Positions 1 through 8,778 of a stretch of DNA of 64,000 nucleotides are shown piece after piece. The stretch is taken from the NCBI GenBank assembly GCA_963777505.1, contig CAVZQN010000003.1, forward strand, positions 512,001 through 576,000, read 5' to 3'. A program made the translations under genes and the position numbers. Source of the stretch: an uncultured bacterium. GTDB lineage: Bacteria > Acidobacteriota > HRBIN11 > JAKEFK01. The notes under the pieces were generated by a model. The model worked only from the letters and a program-made list of their open reading frames with translations. It did not search any database and was not told the origin of the DNA. Positions within the stretch are counted from its first letter, which is position 1. Each line of letters begins with the position of its first letter.

Positions 1-2342
1 ACAGGATCGGCGAAAACAAAATTTGAACATTCAGATGCATCCAAAGTTTCACCTTCAAAAATAATTGTGACTGTTACTCCCGCGTAGTCACTCAAATTAA
101 TTCTGTTTTGCCGCCAGTAAGGTTTACTGCCGTCGCTCTTTTCTTCAAAAATTATCCTTTCACTTCCATCTTCTAATTGGAATATGATTCGTTGTTGCTG
201 TTTAGAAGAACAAATATTAGGCCCGGTATAAAAATCAAGAAAAGCAGTTGGCGGAATCTGGGAAGCGAACCCTAGACGTTCGTGGTTTTTCAATACAATC
301 GCGTATTTTCTATCACCGACAGGTCCTACTAATTGCACCATCTCAGAAGTGTTGCGTAGGGTGTGGGAAGAAGGTACCCAATATTCGGCCTTTTCGAGGT
401 GGCCTGCGAAATCAAAATAAATCTGAGGCTGCTGGATTTCATTTGTTGATAATTGATAAAGTACTGCTCCATTCTTGTCGAAGAGCTTAATGAGATGTTT
501 TCTGACAAATTCACGTTCAGGGTCAGTTATCAGAAAATAATGACGTTGAATCTTATCGCACAGAAAATGAGTGATTCCATATCTGTTAAGAATACTAAGA
601 AGGTTATCGGATCGGTCAGTGTCTAATTCATAAAAATATGATGACCAAACCGAAGCAGATGGAGCATTTGTATAAAAGGATGCTGCGACAGTATTGTGCC
701 AGAACAATAATTTCTTCTGTCCTTTGATTTGATTAAAAAGTTGCAGGGCTTCATAGTTACCTACATGACGAGAGATATAAACATCTTTTGTTTCTTGACC
801 TGTTAGAACGGGAGCCGGAAGGGTGTCTATGATTTTTGCGCCATGAAGTGCTCCAGAACCAATTGGTTCAAAGAACGGCGTGCTATACATAGCTATAATG
901 CCGACTATGGCAATGCTCGAATAAGCGATTATCCTATTAGTTCTTATTGATACTTGAAACCATTCAGCAACTGCACAGGCACAAAGGACGGCAAGTACAG
1001 GGACTGCCGGCAAAAAGTATCTTACTGATTGGGCTGTAGCCAACCATAGAACTGAGAAAACTGCAAAAAATAGTAATAACAGTTTGTTCTCGGTTCTAAT
1101 TTTTCGAACAATAAAAATAAGCGGCAAAATAAGAATATAAAGAGGACCGATATTGCCGTGAAACTTCTCACCGCCACGCATAGAGATTCTAAGCAAGAAG
1201 AGAAGATGCTCCATTGGATTTACCACTCCAACAGGTGTTCCAATGGCAGAAAGATAATCCAACTGTAGTTGCATGGCTCTCGGATTCCAATGTGGACTAT
1301 CAAAAAACCGATCAAGTAACGGAAAAAGAGGATCGCCCATTTCCTTGTAATTCAGAATAGCCCACGGAGCGAGACCTATGATCACAGCAACCAAAAGTAA
1401 GAACGTTTTCTTAAATGAAGAGAGCCAATTATGATCTGTCTGAAAAAAAGTTACGAAACTGGTGACAGCAAACGCCGCTATGGAATTAAAAACAAGATAC
1501 TTGATGCCGGATGCAAAACAGATTGAGATTCCGGACAACAATAGCCAGGAAATATGTTGTTGAGCAAAATAACGAATGATTCCATAAAGGGCAAGAAAGA
1601 CAAACAGTGATAAGGCAACGTCGATATGGGCAGTTCTCATTTCCCAGATAAAGAAAGGAGTTCCAACAAGAATTAAAACAGCCATATATCCTGCAAGCTT
1701 TGAGTGGATTCTTTTTGCGAGTGAATAGGATAAGAGCAGGCAAAGGATGCCTGTGAGAAAGTGAATCAACTTTGCAGTGACCTCGTTGTGAAGAATTAGG
1801 CCAAAGGCGAAGAGCATCTCAATATTTCTCGGCATGCAGGCGTAAGGATTGTCTGTAAGGGAGACCGTGCGATGAGCAAGGCTCATCATTCTTCCACTGT
1901 AAAGATGATAAAAGATGTCGTCATACTCGAAGGCAGGTCCAAGCGCTGAGATGAGCACGACAGCGAGTGTTATGCCTGAATACACAAACACAAGCACGTA
2001 ACCTAAGTTTCCTGAGAGTGTCTTAACGCCTGACTTTATTTCTTCCAGAAATAGTTTCAAATGTCGAATTCGGAGAAGAATGATTGAAAGAACTATCAGA
2101 AAGCAAATTGTTTGATAGAACGCTCCAATAATTCCTAGCAAAAATGTGAGGTAGGAGAAAAAGATCAAACCCAGGGATGATGCGATCGCAAGTCGTTCGG
2201 CGCCAGGCTCAACTACAGCTTTAATTCGAATGAGTACTTCGAGGCCAACAATATAGGAAGCAACCCAAATCAAAATTACTAATGAGACGTCCCAAAATCC
2301 AATTGTGACTAAAGTGTCAGCTACGATACGCAGAGATCCCAA
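1..2342 (-). CDS. Multi-pass membrane glycosyltransferase, GT-C fold (ArnT/PMT/GT39-like) with C-terminal soluble domain; 3' end runs off the window
   Basis: Not in the ORF track because it has no stop inside the window. Manual translation is open from about 2426 to 1, with many TM segments and motifs ALGPAFEYDDIFYHL, PRNIEMLFAFG, WEMRTAHID, SGIKY and QSVRYFLP. The start is uncertain; the first in-frame TTG is at 2342. Confidence 0.75.
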   Translation of the reverse strand, partial: MGSLRIVADTLVTIGFWDVSLVILIWVASYIVGLEVLIRIKAVVEPGAERLAIASSLGLIFFSYLTFLLGIIGAFYQTICFLIVLSIILLRIRHLKLFLEEIKSGVKTLSGNLGYVLVFVYSGITLAVVLISALGPAFEYDDIFYHLYSGRMMSLAHRTVSLTDNPYACMPRNIEMLFAFGLILHNEVTAKLIHFLTGILCLLLSYSLAKRIHSKLAGYMAVLILVGTPFFIWEMRTAHIDVALSLFVFLALYGIIRYFAQQHISWLLLSGISICFASGIKYLVFNSIAAFAVTSFVTFFQTDHNWLSSFKKTFLLLVAVIIGLAPWAILNYKEMGDPLFPLLDRFFDSPHWNPRAMQLQLDYLSAIGTPVGVVNPMEHLLFLLRISMRGGEKFHGNIGPLYILILPLIFIVRKIRTENKLLLLFFAVFSVLWLATAQSVRYFLPAVPVLAVLCACAVAEWFQVSIRTNRIIAYSSIAIVGIIAMYSTPFFEPIGSGALHGAKIIDTLPAPVLTGQETKDVYISRHVGNYEALQLFNQIKGQKKLLFWHNTVAASFYTNAPSASVWSSYFYELDTDRSDNLLSILNRYGITHFLCDKIQRHYFLITDPEREFVRKHLIKLFDKNGAVLYQLSTNEIQQPQIYFDFAGHLEKAEYWVPSSHTLRNTSEMVQLVGPVGDRKYAIVLKNHERLGFASQIPPTAFLDFYTGPNICSSKQQQRIIFQLEDGSERIIFEEKSDGSKPYWRQNRINLSDYAGVTVTIIFEGETLDASECSNFVFADP

Positions 2343-2605
2343 ATCGAATAATTTTAGGAACCAATAAAGAAGAACAATGCTCCACGTAATAAAAAGAGGA
2401 ATATTAAGTAAGAAGAGGTGCGAGACCTAATAGCAATGCCCCCAGACTATTACACATTCTTCAGCAATCGCTGTTCTACTAGATACTTTACTAGAATCTA
2501 AGCCTAAACATTGACCCCAATATACCACTATAGTAAAGGTCATAGAATATTTTAGTTAAAGTGAATAAAATTTTCAGACTGGTACAGATTGTGGATTCTG
2601 TATAG

Positions 2606-3859
2606 TTAATCTGATACTTCTTTGAGGCGCCTTGTCATGAATTGGCGCTCAGGTTTTGTGCGAACAAGCTCCAGTGTCTTTTGATAGTATTCTTTGGCTT
2701 TTTTACGATCCCCCGCGAGCCTGTAAAATTCCGCATAGGTTGCAGGAAGCAAATAATATTCTTTGAGTGAAGGAAGGTCTTTCAAACGATCCAGTTCGTT
2801 TAAGCCTGATTCAGTGCCTTCCACCATGCAAAGCGCTACGGCGCGATTCAATAAAAGTACAGGTGAACGATTGATTAAGATCAACATGTCATAGAATCCA
2901 AGGATTCCTTTCCAATTTGTAGCTTCATAACTTTTAGCACTTGCATGACATGCTGCGATGCTTGCTTGCAAATGATATTCGCTTATTTCACTTCCGGATG
3001 AAGCACGATCCAAATGAAAGTATCCACGTTGAATTAGATCCTGGTCCCATTTCGTTCGATCTTGTTCAGATAAAACAATTAAGTTGCCGTCGCTATCTGT
3101 ACGCGTTGGAAACCTGGAAGCCTGAAACAGCATGAGTGAGAGAAGTGCATGAGTCTCAGGGCTTTCACCTGTTGGGTGAGCCGCAAGCAGCGTTCCCAGT
3201 CGTACTGCCTCTTCACACAAATCCTGACGAACAAGATCCTCACCTTCAGTTGCGGAATAGCCTTCGTTAAACAACAAATACAAAACATGAAGAACAGTGG
3301 TAAGGCGCAATCTTAATTCTTTGTCATGCGGGATTTCAAAGCGGATCATCTCATCTTTGATTTTCCTTTTTGCTCTGACAAGTCGTTGAGCAATTGTCGT
3401 TGGAGAAGACAGAAAGCCCCGCGCAATTTCATCGACACTGAAACCGCATAAAGTTTTCAGAATTAATGCGGTTTGATTTTCCAAAGTTAATTGTGGATGA
3501 CAACATGTAAACATGAGTGTAAGCTGTTCATCTTCAAAAAGATTTTTCTCGGAATGAGGGTTCATCGTTTGATTGACCTGCCGGAGTAAATCCGGTTGTT
3601 TTGTTCTGAAGGATGTTTCGCGGCGAAGGACATCCAGTGCTCGATTTTTTGCCGCTTGCAGCAGCCATCCGCCTGGATTTTCAGGCACTCCAGAAAATGG
3701 CCACCGTTGAATTGCTTTGATCAAAGCATCTTGAACGACATCTTCTGCAAGATCTATGTGTTCTATCCCGAAAATTTTTACAAGTATGGCGGTGATCTGT
3801 CCGGCTTTTTGCCGGAAGAGGTGATCAACAAGATTGTGGATGGTATTGGCGTCTTGCAT
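2606..3859 (-). CDS. ECF RNA polymerase sigma factor with C-terminal TPR-like extension (ECF42-type)
   Basis: AEDVVQDA...W...PENPGGWL...NRALD region 2, LMFTCCHPQL, TIAQRLVRAK region 4, LFNEGY extension; lies downstream of a YciI/DGPF gene. Confidence 0.9.
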   Translation of the reverse strand: MQDANTIHNLVDHLFRQKAGQITAILVKIFGIEHIDLAEDVVQDALIKAIQRWPFSGVPENPGGWLLQAAKNRALDVLRRETSFRTKQPDLLRQVNQTMNPHSEKNLFEDEQLTLMFTCCHPQLTLENQTALILKTLCGFSVDEIARGFLSSPTTIAQRLVRAKRKIKDEMIRFEIPHDKELRLRLTTVLHVLYLLFNEGYSATEGEDLVRQDLCEEAVRLGTLLAAHPTGESPETHALLSLMLFQASRFPTRTDSDGNLIVLSEQDRTKWDQDLIQRGYFHLDRASSGSEISEYHLQASIAACHASAKSYEATNWKGILGFYDMLILINRSPVLLLNRAVALCMVEGTESGLNELDRLKDLPSLKEYYLLPATYAEFYRLAGDRKKAKEYYQKTLELVRTKPERQFMTRRLKEVSD

Positions 3860-3872
3860 GGTTTATACATTT

Positions 3873-3923
3873 GCAGGCAAGATGCCTGCGGACCGGAAGG
3901 CGGGCAGAGACGCCCGCCCTCCA
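3873..3923. repeat. Two tandem REP-like GC-rich hairpins (family D)
   Basis: GCAGGCAAGATGCCTGCGGACC (3873-3894) and GGCGGGCAGAGACGCCCGCCCTCCA (3899-3923) in the yciI-sigma gap; similar to the pair at 12358-12408. Confidence 0.7.
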
Positions 3924-3933
3924 TATCCACAAA

Positions 3934-4269
3934 TTAATGCGGGATGACTTCGCGAACTTCGACGTCTCCATTGAAATCCAGATGTGGACAACTTCGACTG
4001 ATCTGCACAGCTTGATCCAAATTTTCGGCTTCAATCATCCAGAAACCGCCAACAGTTTCTTTTGTCTCAGCAAAAGGACCATCAACAACTTTTCCATTGT
4101 TTATTGAGACTACTCTGCCATTGCCCGAAAGCTCTTCGCCAGCAAGATGATGATTCTTATCTTTCAGCTGCTGGCTCCAATTCATATATTTCTCAAGTAC
4201 CTTTTGCATATCTTCAGGAGAATATTTGGTAAAATCTCCACCTTTTAATAACAATACAAACTTTGCCAT
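3934..4269 (-). CDS. YciI/DGPF family protein
   Basis: VVDGPFAETKETVGGFW motif. Start moved to ATG 4269 (MAKFVLLL), which is preceded by AAGGAGG. Confidence 0.9.
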   Translation of the reverse strand: MAKFVLLLKGGDFTKYSPEDMQKVLEKYMNWSQQLKDKNHHLAGEELSGNGRVVSINNGKVVDGPFAETKETVGGFWMIEAENLDQAVQISRSCPHLDFNGDVEVREVIPH

Positions 4270-4285
4270 TTGTTCCTCCTTACGA

Positions 4286-4313
4286 GTCGGGCGGGTCTTA
4301 GACCCTCCCCTAC
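4286..4313 (-). repeat. Solo GTAG-type REP hairpin (family C)
   Basis: Minus strand reads GTAGGGGAGGGTCTAAGACCCGCCCGAC: a GTAG foot followed by an imperfect palindrome. Confidence 0.65.
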
Positions 4314-4339
4314 ATGTATTTATAAGACGAGTGGAAGTT

Positions 4340-5155
4340 CTATAAATCGACACCGGAATTTTCATGACGCTGCCGGTTTGCTTCGTAGAGAAAAACAGCA
4401 GCTGCCGTTGCAACATTTAATGAGTCAGTATCATTCAACATTGGAATTGCAATTTTTTCATCCGCTTGTTCTAAAACTTCTTCCGATAAACCTGCGGCTT
4501 CACTGCCAAATAATACGATTACATTTCCAGTTAATGTTGACGATTTCAAAGTTCCACTCCCTGAAGGATGCGCTGCTTTTACTTGAAAGCCATACTTTGC
4601 TTTTAATTGGATTAATTCCTGCGCCATTTCCGGGACTTGAAATACAGGAACGTTGAAAATCCCTCCCATAGAACTGCGAACGGCACGTCTGAGCCATGGG
4701 CTACTTGTATTGCGATCAACAAGGATCGCATTCACACCGAAGGCAGCAGAACTCCGCACAATGACACCTACGTTTTCAGAGCTTGTAATTCTATCTAAAC
4801 CTACAAGCAGCAAATTTTCTTGTGTATCAAGGAAATTTTGTAACGATCCTTCAGGCGGCATTTTGGCTACGGCCATAATTCCCTGATGAAGAGGGAAGCC
4901 AACGATTGATTCCAATAATTCTTTGGAGGCTACATACACAGGTGCAATTTCTTTTGTGCTATCAGGAAAAATTTGCTCTTGCCACTCGGGCGTCATCAAA
5001 AATGAAACAATTTCTAATCTAGATTCCAGCAGACGACGAACGACTTTTTCGCCTTCTGCAACAAAGATTTGTTTGCGCCAGTGTTCTATTGAACGCCGAA
5101 GAGTGCGATATGGTTCTAATTCAGGAAGTTCGAGATGTTCTACTTGAATCGGCAA
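4340..5155 (-). CDS. TrmH/SpoU family RNA 2'-O-methyltransferase
   Basis: FVAEGEKVVRRLL, HQGIMA, NVGVIVRS, FGSEAAGL and IPM..TDSLNVATAAAV SPOUT motifs. Confidence 0.92.
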   Translation of the reverse strand: MPIQVEHLELPELEPYRTLRRSIEHWRKQIFVAEGEKVVRRLLESRLEIVSFLMTPEWQEQIFPDSTKEIAPVYVASKELLESIVGFPLHQGIMAVAKMPPEGSLQNFLDTQENLLLVGLDRITSSENVGVIVRSSAAFGVNAILVDRNTSSPWLRRAVRSSMGGIFNVPVFQVPEMAQELIQLKAKYGFQVKAAHPSGSGTLKSSTLTGNVIVLFGSEAAGLSEEVLEQADEKIAIPMLNDTDSLNVATAAAVFLYEANRQRHENSGVDL

Positions 5156-5157
5156 AA

Positions 5158-5176
5158 CTTTGTGTCTTAGCGGTAA
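5158..5176 (-). repeat. Family A dispersed repeat copy
   Basis: Reverse complement TTACCGCTAAGACACAAAG, in the 27-bp gap between the radical SAM stop and the TrmH start. Confidence 0.7.
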
Positions 5177-5182
5177 GAAAAG

Positions 5183-6175
5183 TTAATCGGCCGCGGTGGG
5201 TCTGTTCGAAAAACTGGTAACAGGTTCTGGTTCTTTGGCCGGTGCATGTTTTTTTGGAACAAACGCGCGCTCAGTCTGCGGAGCACGCCAGTTATCAAAT
5301 GTTGCGACAACATGAACGCAGGCAACTGTGCAATAGGGTGCGCAATACTTCTTTGTATTGTATTCGCGCCTGACGTCTTCCATTGTGTATTCAGACAATG
5401 GAATGCCGGGATAACCACGCTGCTGCGAACAATAATGAACGAGACCATCTTCGCAAATATACAAGTAACGGCTGCCTGCACGACAGCTCCATTCGTTTGC
5501 GCGGCCAAGAGCAATGTTGTCTTGAAACTTATAAAAACGTGTCCAGCTTCGCTTCCCTTTGTCTTTCAGCATCCTGTAAATCGTTTGCTCGTTATCTGTG
5601 AGAGGTTTCAGCTGGCCTTTGCCATCATGAATAATTCCAAGCGTTGTGGTTAATCCTAATTCCATTGCTCGATTGCTAACTGTAACTGCATCTTGCGGAT
5701 TCTTAATACCGCCACCAATCACAGAATTTACATTAACCCCAAAATGCGCATGCTCGGCCAGCATTTGAAGTTTTTTGTCCAGAACCTTCAGGCTCTTTTT
5801 TGAGACTTCGTCCGGATTGATGTTATCGATGCTGATTTGTACGTGATCCAGCCCCGCTTTATTCAGCTTCTTGATCCGGTCAACAGTCAGCAAATAGCCA
5901 TTGGTAATCAGGCCGGTGAGCATACCTCTTTTGCGGGCTCTCGAGATAATGGCATCGAGAGAAGGATGTAGCAAAGGCTCCCCGCCGCTGATAACCATGA
6001 CACTCAGGCCTAAATCGCCAAGGCGATCGACACGTTTCAGCATCACAGGCTCAGGAATCGGAGCCGAATAATCGTCAAACTCGTTACAATACGTACACGA
6101 AAGATTACACTTCCGTATCGGCACAATATGCGCCAGCACCGGATGACTTTTTCTCGCCAGGCCCTTTCCGATCAT
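5183..6175 (-). CDS. Radical SAM protein with C-terminal Cys-rich (twitch/SPASM-like) region
   Basis: CNLSCTYC, SGGEPLLH, TNG, then CRAG...CSQQ...CAPYCTVAC. The frame stays open upstream, so the true start may be earlier. Confidence 0.88.
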   Translation of the reverse strand: MIGKGLARKSHPVLAHIVPIRKCNLSCTYCNEFDDYSAPIPEPVMLKRVDRLGDLGLSVMVISGGEPLLHPSLDAIISRARKRGMLTGLITNGYLLTVDRIKKLNKAGLDHVQISIDNINPDEVSKKSLKVLDKKLQMLAEHAHFGVNVNSVIGGGIKNPQDAVTVSNRAMELGLTTTLGIIHDGKGQLKPLTDNEQTIYRMLKDKGKRSWTRFYKFQDNIALGRANEWSCRAGSRYLYICEDGLVHYCSQQRGYPGIPLSEYTMEDVRREYNTKKYCAPYCTVACVHVVATFDNWRAPQTERAFVPKKHAPAKEPEPVTSFSNRPTAAD

Positions 6176-6413
6176 TAAGAACTCGCGAAGCCGGCGAGCA
6201 ATTCGAATATGTTTTGGAATAATAACGCACCTACCGTAAGCTAATTATTGCTAAATATAAGATTCTAAACTGTTTCCGCCAGCTTCTGGACCTGGTAAAC
6301 CGGCGAGGAAAGGTGCCAGAAAAAGATACCATGAATCCTCGTAAATTGCTATGGCTGTTGAGTGTCCATTCAGATCATGTTGTTCATCGGCGCGCGCATC
6401 TTTCTTCTTATTG

Positions 6414-6504
6414 AAAGGGGGAAAGGGAGCAGGGGAGCAGGGGAATCGGAGTAAATAAACTAATGCCATTTTTTTCACCCTTTCTCTCTTTCACCCTTTC
6501 TCCC
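6414..6504. repeat. Family B 9-bp-unit repeats as an empty inverted pair
   Basis: AAAGGGGGAAAGGGAGCAGGGGAGCAGGGGA (6414-6444) faces TTTCACCCTTTCTCTCTTTCACCCTTTCTCCC (6473-6504) across a 28-bp spacer; same units as the flanks of the four-helix-bundle gene. Confidence 0.75.
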
Positions 6505-6569
6505 GTTCTTTAGGATGCCAGGAAAAACTTGAGCCAAGCACTGAAGAGGGAGACTTTGTAGAAATGGGA

Positions 6570-7649
6570 TCAGTAATGTGCCTGCTGTTGCTGTTTAATC
6601 AAGAGTTCGAACGGTTTTTTGTCGAAAGCTTTTAGATGAGCTTCATCTGCAGAAATGATCCCTTTATGGACCAGGTCAATCAACGCATTGTCGATCGTTT
6701 GCATTCCTTCATTCTTCCCGGCTTGAATAATGGATGTAATTTGCTGAATTTTCCCTTCACGAATGATCGTCGAAAGAGCAGGCGAGCCAAACAAGATTTC
6801 ATTGACTGCAACTCTGCCTTTTCCATCCTTTGTTCTGAGCAATTGCTGCGCAACGATTCCTTTCAACGAATCTGAAAGCATGATCCGCACCTGATTTTGT
6901 TGATCGGGTGGGAAGACATCTACGATACGATCAATTGTCTTTGCTGCGCTATTTGTGTGTACAGTTCCAAAAACAAGCTGACCGGTTTCGGCCAGTGTAA
7001 GCGCCAGCGAAATTGTTTCAAGGTCTCGCATTTCACCAACAAGAACCACATCTGCATCTTCGCGTCCAGCAGCACGCAACGCATTACCGAAGCCGCGAGT
7101 ATCCGCGCCGACTTCACGTTGAGTGATCAAGCAAGATTTGTTCGCATGAACAAATTCAATCGGATCTTCAATTGTGAGGATATGTTTATTGTAAGAAGCA
7201 TTGATGACATCGATGATTGCTGCAAGAGTGGTCGATTTCCCGCTGCCAGTGGGGCCTGTAACAAGGACCAGTCCGGCATGAAGATGCGCCAACTTTTCAA
7301 TCGCTTTAGGAAGTCCGAGTTGTTCGACGTTCCTTATTTTTTCCGGAATCAAACGGAATACTGCTCCCATTCCTGTGCGTTGCAAAAGATAATTGCAGCG
7401 GAAACGCGCAACACCTTCCAAACCGTACGCAAAATCCAGATCGTGCTTTTCTAAGAATTTGGCTTTTTGTGCAGGGCCAATAATTTCAAATAGAATTTCG
7501 ACAAGTTCATTGTGAGGGATAGGAGGCTCACCTTGAATGGGCTCCAGCTGTCCGTGAACTCTGATTTTGGGCGGTGTTCCGGCCAGGAAATGAATATCAG
7601 ATGCGTCTTCAGTTTTGACCAATTCAAAAAAACGATCGATCTTGGCCAT
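6570..7649 (-). CDS. pilT: Type IV pilus retraction ATPase PilT/PilU family
   Basis: ASDIH, GPTGSGKSTT, TIEDPIE, GEMRD, TVHT and ALSTIIREGK (AIRNLIRE-like). Confidence 0.93.
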   Translation of the reverse strand: MAKIDRFFELVKTEDASDIHFLAGTPPKIRVHGQLEPIQGEPPIPHNELVEILFEIIGPAQKAKFLEKHDLDFAYGLEGVARFRCNYLLQRTGMGAVFRLIPEKIRNVEQLGLPKAIEKLAHLHAGLVLVTGPTGSGKSTTLAAIIDVINASYNKHILTIEDPIEFVHANKSCLITQREVGADTRGFGNALRAAGREDADVVLVGEMRDLETISLALTLAETGQLVFGTVHTNSAAKTIDRIVDVFPPDQQNQVRIMLSDSLKGIVAQQLLRTKDGKGRVAVNEILFGSPALSTIIREGKIQQITSIIQAGKNEGMQTIDNALIDLVHKGIISADEAHLKAFDKKPFELLIKQQQQAHY

Positions 7650-7673
7650 TTTTATCCCCCCATAGGATTGCGT

Positions 7674-8729
7674 TTATATCGGCTTTGTAATTAATTTCTT
7701 GTTTTCAGCTCGTGCGAAACCCTGTTCATATGTAATGATTTTATCTTTTACAAGTTTCGACAGGGATTGATCCATGAGAACCATCCCTTCTTTTATGCCG
7801 ATCTGCATCATTGATGGAATTTGAAATGATTTTCCATCACGGATGACGTTTCCAATCGCAAGATTTGCTACAAGAACTTCGAACGCCATCACACGCCCTT
7901 TTCCGTGGGCGCGTGGGATCAATTGTTGGCTGATGACTCCACGCAATGAATCTGAGACCATTGCGCGAATTTGATTCTGTTGTGCAGGCGGATATGCATC
8001 AATAATGCGGTCCACAGTCTTTCCGGCATTTCGTGTATGGAGTGTGCCAAGCACCAGGTGTCCTGTTTCTGCCGCGGTAATAGCCATCGATATTGTTTCA
8101 AGATCGCGCATTTCACCTACAAGGATTACATCAGGATCTTCGCGAAGTGCTGCACGGAGCGCGCTGGCAAAACTTTCAGTGTGTCTGTGAACTTCACGCT
8201 GAGTTACATTGGCTAGTTTATTTGTATGAATGTATTCAATTGGATCTTCAAGAGTCACAATATGCACTTTTTTATTGCTGTTAATGTAATCGATCATCGC
8301 TGCAAGGGTCGTTGTTTTTCCACATCCTGATGGCCCTGTAACCAGTACAAGTCCCTGATGATGCTCGGTCATATTTTTAACAACAGGTGGCAAACCAAGA
8401 CTATCAAGAGTCGGAATCTCAGGAGAGATGACACGGAAGACTGCATCTACGCCTTTTCTTTGTTTTAGAACGTTGACACGGAAACGGCCTAAGCCGGTAG
8501 ATTGATAACAGAAATCGAGATCCATGTTTTTCGAAAAGTTTTCCTTCTGTTCAGGACTCAAGATCTCGTTGATCATTTCAAATGCATCTTTCGCACCAAC
8601 GGGATCCATTTTTATTGGCTTGAGTTCGCCATGAATTCGAATTAAAGGAGTGGTTTCCGAGCAGAAGTGAACGTCTGAAGCCCCTACACTCGCCGCGTAT
8701 TTCAGAATGTTATCGAGTCTTACTGCCAT
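7674..8729 (-). CDS. pilT: Type IV pilus retraction ATPase PilT family (second paralog)
   Basis: GASDVH, GPSGCGKTTT, ALREDPDVILVGEMRD, TLHT and AIGNVIRDGK. Confidence 0.93.
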   Translation of the reverse strand: MAVRLDNILKYAASVGASDVHFCSETTPLIRIHGELKPIKMDPVGAKDAFEMINEILSPEQKENFSKNMDLDFCYQSTGLGRFRVNVLKQRKGVDAVFRVISPEIPTLDSLGLPPVVKNMTEHHQGLVLVTGPSGCGKTTTLAAMIDYINSNKKVHIVTLEDPIEYIHTNKLANVTQREVHRHTESFASALRAALREDPDVILVGEMRDLETISMAITAAETGHLVLGTLHTRNAGKTVDRIIDAYPPAQQNQIRAMVSDSLRGVISQQLIPRAHGKGRVMAFEVLVANLAIGNVIRDGKSFQIPSMMQIGIKEGMVLMDQSLSKLVKDKIITYEQGFARAENKKLITKPI

Positions 8730-8760
8730 AAATCAGTAGCCTGCAAGTATAGCACACCCA

Positions 8761-8778
8761 TTTTGGCCTTTGCGGTTA
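8761..8778 (-). repeat. Family A repeat copy (degenerate), overlapping a stop codon
   Basis: Reverse complement TAACCGCAAAGGCCAAAA; the TAA is the stop of the 1151-aa gene. Confidence 0.5.

Noticed and set aside
4270-4416. N-terminal extension of yciI in the ORF track
   Set aside because: It overlaps the TrmH gene and reads through a REP, and a strong RBS precedes ATG 4269.
6302-6318. Sigma54-like TGGCACCTTTCCTCGC upstream of the radical SAM gene (minus strand)
   Set aside because: GG-to-GC spacing is 11 rather than 10 and the -12 box is poor.
6251-6478. 75-aa ORF (..FPCSPAPFPPF..)
   Set aside because: It is a translation of the family B repeat on the reverse strand and shows no protein-like features.
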